IMG/VR virus record: IMGVR_UViG_3300045988_007107
Span: 1-44,614 of that record
Origin: a virus
Strand: one strand, 5' to 3'
DNA: 44,614 bases
The position numbers were made by a program, and so were the translations under genes. Below the pieces are notes generated by a model, which was given only the letters and a program-made list of their open reading frames with translations, did no database searches and was not told where the DNA came from. Shown here one piece after another: positions 1-8,583 of this stretch. The stretch's first letter is position 1. Each line of letters begins with the position of its first letter.

Positions 1-89
1 ATTTTTTTTCAGTCTGGCAGACCTCTCGATACAGATTTATCTCCAATTCATCCTTATGCACCTCATACCAATCCGCCACATACTGCGGC
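1..89. repeat. Terminal direct repeat, copy 1 (identical to 44526..44614); circular-closure overlap
   Basis: Read directly: attttttttcagtctggcag...ccacatactgcggc occurs at both ends, which gives a unit length of 44,525 bp. Confidence 0.95.
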
Positions 90-208
90 ACTACTGGTTT
101 AGGGAAGAATGAGTCATACAAGTCCTCTGCGTATGATACAGAACCACCAGATATCCTTGATATTATCCGCACTGCTTCTTCTCGACTTATTGTTTCTTGT
201 CTAGTCAT
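1..208 (-). CDS. N-terminal segment of a junction-spanning early CDS (continues at 44525..44245; about 162 aa in total; DUF1642-like streptococcal phage protein)
   Basis: The ATG at 208 forms an ATGA overlap with the stop of ORF 205..396 and has GAGGTGGA just upstream. It reads MTRQETISREEAVRIISRISGGSVSYAEDLYDSFFPKPVVPQY and runs in frame into the VADWYEVHK... ORF listed at 44245..44604. Confidence 0.7.
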   Translation of the reverse strand, partial: MTRQETISREEAVRIISRISGGSVSYAEDLYDSFFPKPVVPQYVADWYEVHKDELEINLYREVCQTEKK

Positions 209-396
209 TTTCCACCTCTCACATAATATTTTCGTTCCAAGTCAATCATCTCTTGTCTAAGTTCAATTCCTAGACGTTTGATTTTTGATTTGTTAGCTGC
301 CGATGCCGTCCACCCATTAGGTGGTTCTTTGGAAAGCTCTTCACATTCAGAAATGTACCTATCACACATATTTTTTATGTAATCTAATTCATCCAT
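205..396 (-). CDS. Hypothetical early protein (63 aa from MDELDYIK; the 75-aa form from 432 is an alternative)
   Basis: ORF track. The internal ATG at 396 overlaps the end of the upstream small ORF (ATGGATGA), which is typical translational coupling. Confidence 0.6.
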   Translation of the reverse strand: MDELDYIKNMCDRYISECEELSKEPPNGWTASAANKSKIKRLGIELRQEMIDLERKYYVRGGK

Positions 397-544
397 CACA
401 TTCCACCATTTCAACCTTATACTTCCTAGCATTGCGATATTTCAATCCCAATCTGTGTAATTCATTAATCGCATCGTTCTTGTTGTTGAAGACATGCTCA
501 CTATCCTCCATGCCGTCGTAATAGACAATTACTTTATATTTCAT
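389..544 (-). CDS. Small ORF missing from the ORF track, 51 aa (MKYKVIVYYDGMEDSEHVFNNKNDAINELHRLGLKYRNARKYKVEMVECDG)
   Basis: Translated by hand. It has a strong Shine-Dalgarno sequence (GAGGAGG) 6 nt upstream of the ATG at 544. It fills the only gap in a tightly packed operon and is below the track's apparent 60-aa cutoff. Confidence 0.6.
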   Translation of the reverse strand: MKYKVIVYYDGMEDSEHVFNNKNDAINELHRLGLKYRNARKYKVEMVECDG

Positions 545-571
545 TTTCTGCCTCCTCTATTTCACAAAAAA

Positions 572-808
572 TCAATCTGTTGCATCTGTGTTTTGAACCT
601 CCCTGGCCTTCTCATCTAGAAAATCCCAGATAATGTGGAATTGATTTTTAACCAGTTGGTCCTGGTTGTATTTATCACAGATTTGGTTGATAGAGGTAAT
701 TGCCCAATTCCAGTAATCGGGTGTATTGAACCCAACCAACTGCATCATGCGATTGCTCTCTCTCATCCAATTTGGAACCTCTACTTCAAAGAACTCGATA
801 TAGTTCAT
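572..808 (-). CDS. Hypothetical early protein (78 aa from MNYIEFFEV)
   Basis: ORF track. The ATG at 808 is preceded by AAGGTGGA and directly abuts the RusA stop codon at 805-807. Confidence 0.6.
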   Translation of the reverse strand: MNYIEFFEVEVPNWMRESNRMMQLVGFNTPDYWNWAITSINQICDKYNQDQLVKNQFHIIWDFLDEKAREVQNTDATD

Positions 809-1200
809 AGCTGTTCCACCTTGATGTATATTCCAACAGTATCCGACCAAAACTTTTCAGCAATCTCACTGGCCACTTGCGCATCATCATGCCAATAACC
901 AAGATCAGTCATGCAGTCCTTAAGTAATTTCTGCAAGTTATCTGTATCTGGTTTAGTAGTCTTGTACTGGCCATGAGTCGCTTTTTTGATTTTAGGAAAT
1001 AGCCACTTGACTGTGAGACGTATAGGTCCGTCTATCTGCTCTTCTGGAGTGTATGGACTCAACAACTCAGTGAATAGACTTCTGGCTTCCTTCAAACTTT
1101 GAGGCTCATAGAAATGCGGTTTACCATTTCTGACAGTGACTTTCTTTTGTTGATGCGTTGTGGTCGGTATTTTCTGCACAGGTAGGAAAAATTCAATCAT
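805..1200 (-). CDS. rusA: RusA-family Holliday junction resolvase
   Basis: It carries the motif KPDTDNLQKLLKDCMTDLGYWHDDAQV, typical of RusA, and is about 130 aa. The start at 1200 (MIEFFLPV) has GAGGTGG upstream and overlaps the upstream stop codon. Confidence 0.8.
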   Translation of the reverse strand: MIEFFLPVQKIPTTTHQQKKVTVRNGKPHFYEPQSLKEARSLFTELLSPYTPEEQIDGPIRLTVKWLFPKIKKATHGQYKTTKPDTDNLQKLLKDCMTDLGYWHDDAQVASEIAEKFWSDTVGIYIKVEQL

Positions 1201-1444
1201 TTTTCGCCACCTCACCTTGATAATCGATACCGGTCCATTTTCCAGTCTCTCTGTCATAGGTAATATATCCAGCCGTTTTGAGTTGGTCCTTTACCCAATT
1301 CAAGAGAATCGGTTGATTCGCGATCCATTTCAAAACCTCTGAATCTGAATACCAAAAATCTTGACCCGGTAACGTGTGATAAAGTGGAGGCATTTTTTTC
1401 CCAATATCCAATTTGACCGAATATGTTTTTTTCTTTCGTGCCAT
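1193..1444 (-). CDS. Hypothetical early protein, 83 aa
   Basis: ORF track. It is co-oriented with the operon and is the first gene after the putative origin. No family was recognised. Confidence 0.55.
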   Translation of the reverse strand: MARKKKTYSVKLDIGKKMPPLYHTLPGQDFWYSDSEVLKWIANQPILLNWVKDQLKTAGYITYDRETGKWTGIDYQGEVAKND

Positions 1445-1865
1445 AACTTTTTACCTTTTTTAATTTTGCACTTTCTTTTTACTTTTTCTTATTACTTACC
1501 ACGCTCACGCGCCTAAGTTCAGAGTGAAGGACAGGGTTACAGGGTTACATGGGGGAGTCTTGGGACCCCCATGTTCCTGTACCTGTTCTTCTGAACTCTC
1601 AGGGACATTTTCCTAAATATCTCTCCTCACAGAGGGAGATATTCTGTCCCTGATTTTGTCCCTAGATTTTCGGGTTTGTCCCTAGAGTCTATAAATCGCA
1701 TGGTTGAGCGATTTCTTAGGGACATTTTCAGGTTTGTCCATGACCCTAGAGGGTTCTTAGGGACACAAGGACATTTTCGGGTTTGTCCTTGACTTTGAGG
1801 GACATTCCCGAAGTTGTCCCTCAGGTTTGTCCCTCGGGTTTGTCCTTGTCCCTATTTTGTCCCTG
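1445..1865. repeat. Putative origin of replication made of a T-rich tract, tandem 8-mers, palindromes and an iteron array
   Basis: The region contains a T-rich stretch (1445-1500), tandem cagggtta x2 (1532-1547) and a 9-bp-stem palindrome acatggggg/cccccatgt (1547-1574). It also has the inverted repeat atatctc/gagatat (about 1617-1642). About 9 direct copies of (G/T)TTTGTCC(C/T)T lie near 1654-1663, 1674-1683, 1731-1741, 1780-1790, 1812-1821, 1824-1834, 1837-1847, 1848-1853 and 1855-1864. Five inverse AGGGACA(TTTT) copies start at 1601, 1718, 1759, 1767 and 1798. The array lies immediately downstream of the primase-helicase gene. Confidence 0.65.
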
Positions 1866-4116
1866 GCTCTTCTCTCGGTGAAATTTGGTTATTTTTAACT
1901 TCAAAATTACCATTATTTTTCACCCATCTTCTGATAGTTTTTTCGCTGACCGGTTTATCTTCTGTTGAAAAATATTCCACCACTTCACTTAATTCGACTG
2001 GGTTGTTCCCATCAAATAATACCTGCATGGCGGTCTTAAATCTTTCATCAGCAGATTTCTTTTTCTTCTCGTTAGCTTTCTTGCTGTCTAGATTCTTCTT
2101 CCAACCTGGCGCAGAGTCCTCTAATTGAATATCAGCCAGCACACCAGTAGTGTCCACTTCATGAACTGGATAGCTGAACCACATATTGACCGGTTGGAAT
2201 TTAGCAAACTCACGAAGGGTCCCTTCAACTCGCCAAGCAGTTGCAATCTCAATACTATGGGTCGTCGTCTTGACCTCGTCAAGGTAAGGTTTACGCTTCA
2301 TAACATCAGGAATTGCTTTATCAAAGTGCTGTTGCATCTGATATCGACTTTCCAGATCATCGAGACTGACATAGTGTTGGTAGTAGTCGTTTGCTTGTTC
2401 TTGGAGAGCTCGTTGATAAATTCTAGCTGTTGCTTTTTCAGTACGAGCTTTAACGAGGTCTTCGTTAAGCTCTAACTCTACTAAGTCAACCAGAGCATCA
2501 GGGTCTCTGGCAAATACCCCAGAACCGCTAGCACGGTCCATGGACTTCTTACCACCTTGAGAACCTTTTGAGTGATGGTGACAATAGATTACAGCACACC
2601 CTAGCTCAGTAGCTACCTTATCGAACTGATTGGTAAAATGTGCCATTTGATCCGCTGAGTTCTCGTCGCCAGTCAGGACCTTATAGATAGGGTCGATAAT
2701 AACCGCTTGGTAATTCTTTTTCAGCGACCGCCTAATGAGTTTCGGGGCCAGCTTATCCATTGGCACTGTCTTCCCACGGAGATTCCAGATATCGATATTG
2801 CCAACGCTTGCTGGAGGTAAATTCATAGCATCGTAGACGTCTTTAAAGCGGTGAAGGGCTGACGGCCTATCCAGCTCTAAGTTGACGTAGAGGACTTTCC
2901 CTTGTTCGCACTGCCAACCAAGCCACTTGTGCCCCTCTGCGATAGCGATTGATAACTCGATGAGAGCAAACGACTTACCAGCTTTTGACGGCCCTGCAAT
3001 TAGCATCTTATGACCTTGACGCAACACACCGTGGATAAGTTCTGGGGCTAAATCTGGAAGGTGGTCCCACTCGTCCGCTAGTGTTTCAGGATCAGGAAGG
3101 TCATCGTTTAAATCTTCAACCCATTGATACCATTCTTCGTAGTTGGCTTTCCCCAGATTTGTATCAATCAAGAATTGCTTATGGCCATTTCGGATAACTC
3201 CAGGCATGCGAGAGAGTCGACTTGGATTACGGTTTTGGGTGTCAATATCAAGCCCGTTTTTCTTACAAATCTGATAAATGTAATCGACACGTTTCCGATA
3301 TTCTTGGTAGTCTCTAGCATCCACTCGTACCACTGCGTGTAGCGACTTGTGTCCAGAGTGTACCAGTGTCGCAATAGGAAGCTCCAACTCTTTAAATAGA
3401 GCGTATTGTTTCCCAAGCTCCATGCTGTCTGATTCTACTAAAGCGTATCTGAAATCAGTGACATTATCGTTCTTGACGCCCTTTCCATCCAATGGGTTGA
3501 AACGAATCCAAGCACCGGCTTCTTCCTTGTAGTCTCCGAAGACTGCGCCAATATCATCACCATTACTCTGAAGTTCTTTGATAAGCTCTCCGGCAGTCCT
3601 GTCGTAATTGCCTTGAGTTGGCTTATAGATTGGCCCGTTCTCTGTTTCAATCGGATAAGTAGATGTGACATAGCCAACAAGGTCGGTCATTTCAAACAAC
3701 GTTTCGATGTATTTGATAAGGTCTTTGACTGGATGCCAATTAATCGGTTCTCGGATTTCCTTTGATTCGACCCAGTTCTTATCTACGATTTGATAATCAC
3801 GGTCGATTGTAGAATCCCAGTCGAGCTCATAGTTTTCACCCGACTTGTTCATTGGTTCCCAGCCGTTATCTTTGGCCATTTGTGTGATAGTTGCACCAGT
3901 AACAGCACCCCCTCCGTCGTATTGGAAGGTATCCCATTTACTGAAACACTCACCTTTTTTATAGCGACTATCAGATTGAGACCAAGTATCCCAATCCATT
4001 GCCGTGTAACCCTCTTGTTTTAGGGCCATTCCTACGTTTACCCACTCTTGATAAGACAATGTAGAAGGATCAATATAATCTAAGAGTGGGATTAAATCAA
4101 AAGTACCTTCTGACAT
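1852..4116 (-). CDS. Primase-polymerase / replicative helicase fusion protein (PriCT-2-like N-terminus, prim-pol core, AAA_25/RepA-DnaB-like P-loop domain)
   Basis: The N-terminus reads YQEWVNVGMALKQEGY...WDTWSQSDSRYKKGECFSKW. The P-loop is AGPSKAGKSF, the Walker B-like motif is AVIIDPIYK, and CHHHSKG follows. The position next to the SF2 helicase fits this call. Confidence 0.8.
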   Translation of the reverse strand: MSEGTFDLIPLLDYIDPSTLSYQEWVNVGMALKQEGYTAMDWDTWSQSDSRYKKGECFSKWDTFQYDGGGAVTGATITQMAKDNGWEPMNKSGENYELDWDSTIDRDYQIVDKNWVESKEIREPINWHPVKDLIKYIETLFEMTDLVGYVTSTYPIETENGPIYKPTQGNYDRTAGELIKELQSNGDDIGAVFGDYKEEAGAWIRFNPLDGKGVKNDNVTDFRYALVESDSMELGKQYALFKELELPIATLVHSGHKSLHAVVRVDARDYQEYRKRVDYIYQICKKNGLDIDTQNRNPSRLSRMPGVIRNGHKQFLIDTNLGKANYEEWYQWVEDLNDDLPDPETLADEWDHLPDLAPELIHGVLRQGHKMLIAGPSKAGKSFALIELSIAIAEGHKWLGWQCEQGKVLYVNLELDRPSALHRFKDVYDAMNLPPASVGNIDIWNLRGKTVPMDKLAPKLIRRSLKKNYQAVIIDPIYKVLTGDENSADQMAHFTNQFDKVATELGCAVIYCHHHSKGSQGGKKSMDRASGSGVFARDPDALVDLVELELNEDLVKARTEKATARIYQRALQEQANDYYQHYVSLDDLESRYQMQQHFDKAIPDVMKRKPYLDEVKTTTHSIEIATAWRVEGTLREFAKFQPVNMWFSYPVHEVDTTGVLADIQLEDSAPGWKKNLDSKKANEKKKKSADERFKTAMQVLFDGNNPVELSEVVEYFSTEDKPVSEKTIRRWVKNNGNFEVKNNQISPREEPGTK

Positions 4117-4126
4117 TTAATCTCCT

Positions 4127-5710
4127 TTATTCTGGTTGGTATGTAGCTGGAATGATTCCTTTTGGTATTCTCCAGCCGCTGGCAGCGATTCGGTTAATCA
4201 AATTGCTGGCATCTTCAAATTTCCACATTCCGACATTGCGGAAGCCACGACCTTCGAGTAATCGTATTTGTTTAGGTGTGGTCAACCCACTGTCTTTGCG
4301 TTTGTTTAATCGGTCCAGTAGTTTACCAGCTTTTCCAGCATTCCCGATTTCTTCAGCATAAATACCGAATTTTTCGAGTGCTTTAAGCTGTTTTTCTGAA
4401 GGAGGAGCCATCTCCCAACCGAATGATGGGACGTAGTCCGCTAAATCTTCGGCTTGGATTGACATTTCGAACTGTAACGGATCCACAAGTTTACGTTTTT
4501 TCTTTCGCTGTTCTGCGAGTTGCTTAGCGAGAGCTTCTTCTCTCTCGGCGACAACATCTTTTCCAGCTTGTTCTTCGGCTTCCAATAGACTGAACTCAAC
4601 CTCGGTATCTTCAGCCATGTTTTCGGTCATTTTTTTGGCAACTTCTGGACTGCTGGCGATTAAATGCGCTGGTCTACAAAGTTCGTGACGTTCAGTGTGC
4701 CATAGGAAATCGAGTAGTAATAGGTTCTCTTTCCCTGGAGCGAGACGTGTTCCACGACCAACCATTTGACTATACAGAGCACGGACTTTTGTCGGCCTTA
4801 ACACAACCACGCAGTCAACTGTCGGGCAATCCCAGCCCTCAGTTAATAGCATCGAGTTGCACAAAACATTGTATTTATCCTTGTCGAAATCTTCTAGGAT
4901 TTCAGCGCGATCCTTGGACTCTCCGTTTACCTCAGCAGCTCGAAAACCCTTCTCGTTTAGGATATCTCGGAATTTCTGCGATGTTTTAACTAACGGTAAG
5001 AAGACGACTGTTTTTCTGTCTTTGCACTGCTTAACCATCTCGTCTGCAATCTGTTCGAGATAAGGGTCTAGGGCTGTTCCGATTTCACTGGCTTTGAAAT
5101 CACCACCTTGTTGGCTGACTGTTGACAAGTCAAGCTCGAGAGGGATTGTAATAGCTGTGATTTTCGATAGATACCCTGATTTAATAGCGTCAACTAATGG
5201 GTACTCATAAGCTAAACTGTCGAAATAACTTCCTAAATTTCGCATATCACCACGGTCTGGCGTGGCTGTGACACCTAAGACGTTAGCTTCTCCGAAATGT
5301 TCTAGCACACGTTGATAGCCGTCTGATATAGCGTGGTGTGCTTCATCGATAACAATAGTATCGAAGTGATTAGGTGGGAATTGACTGAGTCTCTTCTCAC
5401 GCTGCATAGTCTGTACTGAACCAACGACAACACGAAACCATGAGCCGATTGAAGTATTTTCAGCTTTCTCCAGTGCCGTTCCTAGCCCTGTAGCCGTCAT
5501 TAATTTATCACTGGCTTGTTCCAAAAGTTCTGAACGATGAGCGAGAACAAGGACACGTTCTCCCATCTTGACACGGTCTTCTATAATTTTTGAAAAGACA
5601 ATGGTCTTACCACAGCCAGTGGGTAGGACAAGTAGCGTGCGCTTCCTGCCCTCCTTCCACTCTTGCTGTACTTTAGCCCTTGCCTCTTCTTGGTAAGGTC
5701 TAAGCTGCAT
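4127..5710 (-). CDS. SF2 DEAD/DEAH-box helicase (ResIII-type N-terminus)
   Basis: Walker A is LPTGCGKT, the DEAH box is VIDEAHHA, and TATP and GRGTR motifs are present. The C-terminal extension has two short repeated helical modules. Confidence 0.85.
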   Translation of the reverse strand: MQLRPYQEEARAKVQQEWKEGRKRTLLVLPTGCGKTIVFSKIIEDRVKMGERVLVLAHRSELLEQASDKLMTATGLGTALEKAENTSIGSWFRVVVGSVQTMQREKRLSQFPPNHFDTIVIDEAHHAISDGYQRVLEHFGEANVLGVTATPDRGDMRNLGSYFDSLAYEYPLVDAIKSGYLSKITAITIPLELDLSTVSQQGGDFKASEIGTALDPYLEQIADEMVKQCKDRKTVVFLPLVKTSQKFRDILNEKGFRAAEVNGESKDRAEILEDFDKDKYNVLCNSMLLTEGWDCPTVDCVVVLRPTKVRALYSQMVGRGTRLAPGKENLLLLDFLWHTERHELCRPAHLIASSPEVAKKMTENMAEDTEVEFSLLEAEEQAGKDVVAEREEALAKQLAEQRKKKRKLVDPLQFEMSIQAEDLADYVPSFGWEMAPPSEKQLKALEKFGIYAEEIGNAGKAGKLLDRLNKRKDSGLTTPKQIRLLEGRGFRNVGMWKFEDASNLINRIAASGWRIPKGIIPATYQPE

Positions 5711-6294
5711 TAGAATCCTCCGAATCCACCACCGTTAGGGGCTTGTTGAGGTTGTTGATACCCTTGATTTTGCTGAGGTGCCGCTTGGTAGCTAGGAGCT
5801 TGTTGTTGAGGGGCTTGTTGTCCACCACCTTGAGAAACATTGGCATTCAATACTTTTGTCCAATCGACACTGTCGGCGTAAATCATTTGTTTAACGTCGT
5901 TATACACAGTTTCTTTGTATGTGCGGTTTCCGACACGACACACCCCTGTCGAACCTACAACGGTATTCCAATTCATTTGAAGTGGTTCTCCGTGTTTCTT
6001 TTGTCCAATAGCACCGAAGAACGCTGAGAGCATCCCTTCAGTAGATGAGTGCAAGAATAGATTGTGTGTCATTGTTGCAAGACCTTCTTCAGTCTCAACT
6101 TGGATTGTGACGATCGCTTTGTTACATGCTGGAAGTTTCCCAGGATTTTGTGGGTTGGGAGTGTGACGCCCACGTTCGAAGTTTGTTACAGTGAAGACAT
6201 AATCACCGGGAGTTAGTGTGATAAACTCCTTAGCGTCTTCTTGAATAGTGTCGTCCCAGCCAAATTCACGTTGAAAATTGTTGTTATAAGTCAT
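5710..6294 (-). CDS. DUF669-like protein (putative ssDNA-binding partner of the Sak4-like ATPase) with a Q/G-rich tail
   Basis: The N-terminal FGWDDTIQEDAKEFITLTPGDYVFTVTNFERG pattern resembles DUF669-type phage proteins. The tail is low-complexity: GGGQQAPQQQAPSYQAAPQQNQGYQQPQQAPNGGGFGGF. Confidence 0.55.
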   Translation of the reverse strand: MTYNNNFQREFGWDDTIQEDAKEFITLTPGDYVFTVTNFERGRHTPNPQNPGKLPACNKAIVTIQVETEEGLATMTHNLFLHSSTEGMLSAFFGAIGQKKHGEPLQMNWNTVVGSTGVCRVGNRTYKETVYNDVKQMIYADSVDWTKVLNANVSQGGGQQAPQQQAPSYQAAPQQNQGYQQPQQAPNGGGFGGF

Positions 6295-6313
6295 GTATAA
6301 AAATCCTTTCCTA

Positions 6314-7048
6314 TTAAGCCAAAATAGTGATATTATTTTGATCTTTGAGCCCTGTTTTGAGGTAGTCAGCGATGTTTTTAATAGCTTCTAGCTTCCATTT
6401 GCCACCGTCTGCTTCAAAAAGAGCAAGTTTAGCTTCTTTGTTGATGCGGAGCACAAATTGACTAGATGGCTGTGCGACTTCTGCAAATGTACGATATGGA
6501 CGTAATGTCACTGGGTTTGGTGCAGTTGCTTTTGCGAGACTAGCTACCCCTGATTTCACAGTAGTGGTCTGGTTGATACCGTTATCCACGATGTCAGCGC
6601 CGTTTTCGACTTTTAAAGCACTTGCGAATTCAAGCACAAGCTGACGGTCATCATCATTAATAAACGCAGACTGCAGCATAATATTGAACTGCTCTTGGCT
6701 ATTCCACTGGTTCAATTGAATAGATGGCGTATAAGCTATCACAGAGACAAGTTGTGGCCGTCTTCCATATTCCCAATCAACCTGATCATAGACGGCGACA
6801 TCTTCAGGGCTTTCCACCACAATGATTTTTTTAGATGCACTAATAGCGTCATTACCTGATTTGAGGTAATCGATAAGACTGTCGAGGGTGCATAATTGAA
6901 GTATTGGTGCGACTTTTCGAGGGTTTACCTCTTGAAGGTCGAATTGATCTGCATTGTAGTAGTGCTTGTCGCCAACTTGAATGGTTTTGCCACCACGTTC
7001 AGCGAGTTCTACACTGTATTTGAGAGCTTCTTTGATGTTTTCTGCCAT
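6314..7048 (-). CDS. Conserved hypothetical protein of the replication/recombination module, 244 aa
   Basis: ORF track, tightly packed in the operon. No family was assigned with confidence. Confidence 0.6.
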   Translation of the reverse strand: MAENIKEALKYSVELAERGGKTIQVGDKHYYNADQFDLQEVNPRKVAPILQLCTLDSLIDYLKSGNDAISASKKIIVVESPEDVAVYDQVDWEYGRRPQLVSVIAYTPSIQLNQWNSQEQFNIMLQSAFINDDDRQLVLEFASALKVENGADIVDNGINQTTTVKSGVASLAKATAPNPVTLRPYRTFAEVAQPSSQFVLRINKEAKLALFEADGGKWKLEAIKNIADYLKTGLKDQNNITILA

Positions 7049-7050
7049 GC

Positions 7051-7476
7051 TTAATTACCTGCTTTCTTTTGTTTGTTAAAGTCGATAACATCGTTGTTGA
7101 TACCTTTGTCGATGTCTTCAATTGGCTCACCAATATCTGTGCGAAGAGTCGCTTGATCGTCAAAATATGTCTGACCAGGCATGTTGCTCTTTAGCTCATT
7201 TGCATAGATTTGATCGCCTTCTTGACCAACAAGGATTGTTGTTGCTACAGCTTTTTGAGGTGCCAGAGTAGACTTGATTTCCATGGCAGTAGCGACTGTT
7301 TGACGTGTATCATCCGACTTCATCGTCAAAGTGATGACAAGCTTACGAGCTGTCTTAGCCTCGGTATTGGGGTCTAAGATGTTAGCAATAACTTTTTCAA
7401 GTTCTTTGTCAACTTTTTCTTGCAGACCACCGTCGCCAATTTGCGATAGGTCTAATTTGATAGTTTTATTTGTCAT
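7051..7476 (-). CDS. Conserved hypothetical protein of the replication/recombination module, 141 aa
   Basis: ORF track. It begins 3 nt upstream of the next gene. No family was assigned with confidence. Confidence 0.6.
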   Translation of the reverse strand: MTNKTIKLDLSQIGDGGLQEKVDKELEKVIANILDPNTEAKTARKLVITLTMKSDDTRQTVATAMEIKSTLAPQKAVATTILVGQEGDQIYANELKSNMPGQTYFDDQATLRTDIGEPIEDIDKGINNDVIDFNKQKKAGN

Positions 7477-7485
7477 GAGTTCCTC

Positions 7486-8583
7486 CTAAAATTCTGATCC
7501 ACGGATTTCTTTTACCATTTCAAAGACACGGTCCCAAGTAGCTACTAGAGCCCCGTCGATGAATGATTTGTCGTACATTGATATAGGTGTTTCAATAGGG
7601 TAGTAACCTTTAGAAGCTACAGCCTGTTGAAGTTCTTGTTCCGTGACCTGATTAGCAATCATTAGATCACGAAGAGCTGGCTCGATGAATGGAGCGGGCT
7701 CTTGATAAGCTCCACGTTCCACTGGCGCAGGGTTGACCGGCTCTTGTGGTTCTGGAGTTTGTGTTTGAGTTTGAATAGGTGTTTCTTCCACTGGCGCTGG
7801 AGTTGGTTTAGGTGCCGGCGGTGGGGTCTGTACCTCTACTGGCTGCTTAGCAACTTGAACATTATTGAAGATATGAGCAATTCCGGCGTAGTCTAGCGGC
7901 AGTTTATTAGGCAGATTGTGACGATTCTTTGCATCCCACGCTGGGTGATGTTGTGTATACATGACACGTTGTCCACCTTGTGCCTTCGACTTCTTGGATT
8001 TTTCATCAGTCATTACGATTGTCTCGTAGTTACAGAATAGAACCATGTCAGCCCATTCTTTAACCAACGGAGCTGTCTGCGAGCTTGTTTTCTTCCCAAG
8101 CTTGAGCTCGTAACGGTCATAACTTCCCATTTCGTCTGGTTGAGTAAAGGTCTTAATCTGAGCGTGTGCAGTAAGAACAACATTGATTCCTAGATCAATC
8201 AATTCGCTTAGACTGTTTAGGAAACGTCCAATTTCTTCACGGACGTAGGTATACCCATTACCCCAGCCAAAATCTTCGATTCCCTTCTTGCCATGCTGAG
8301 CGCAAACAGATTCAACCGCTAACGACTCAGCCCAATCGATTGTATCGATTACCAGAGTCCTACACGAGTCGGGATTTGCTTTGATGAAAGCAATCTCGTT
8401 CATCAACATGGTCCAACTTGATGGCTTATCCAATCTAGCTACATCCATATTGTCTGTAGAGCCTTCCGTGTCGATGAACACAGGGTCTGGAAACTGAGCT
8501 GCAAAACTTGATTTTCCGATGCCTTCAGGACCGTAGATAACGACCTTTTGAGCTCTGGCTTTAATACCTCTTGTGATTTGCAT
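7486..8583 (-). CDS. Sak4/AAA_24-like RecA-fold ATPase with a P/T/Q-rich linker and a small C-terminal domain
   Basis: Walker A is YGPEGIGKSS and Walker B is LVIDTIDW. The preferred start is the ATG at 8583 (MQITRG) with GGAGG 6 nt upstream and a TAATG overlap with the upstream gene. The linker reads PPPAPKPTPAPVEETPIQTQTQTPEPQEP. Confidence 0.75.
   Translation of the reverse strand: MQITRGIKARAQKVVIYGPEGIGKSSFAAQFPDPVFIDTEGSTDNMDVARLDKPSSWTMLMNEIAFIKANPDSCRTLVIDTIDWAESLAVESVCAQHGKKGIEDFGWGNGYTYVREEIGRFLNSLSELIDLGINVVLTAHAQIKTFTQPDEMGSYDRYELKLGKKTSSQTAPLVKEWADMVLFCNYETIVMTDEKSKKSKAQGGQRVMYTQHHPAWDAKNRHNLPNKLPLDYAGIAHIFNNVQVAKQPVEVQTPPPAPKPTPAPVEETPIQTQTQTPEPQEPVNPAPVERGAYQEPAPFIEPALRDLMIANQVTEQELQQAVASKGYYPIETPISMYDKSFIDGALVATWDRVFEMVKEIRGSEF

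Noticed and set aside
1595-1865. The GTCCCT repeat array considered as a possible CRISPR or mini-array
   Set aside because: The repeats are only about 6-11 bp long, occur in both orientations, and have irregular spacings of 2-40 bp. There are no spacer-sized unique inserts, and no cas genes anywhere in the window. The pattern fits iterons, not CRISPR.
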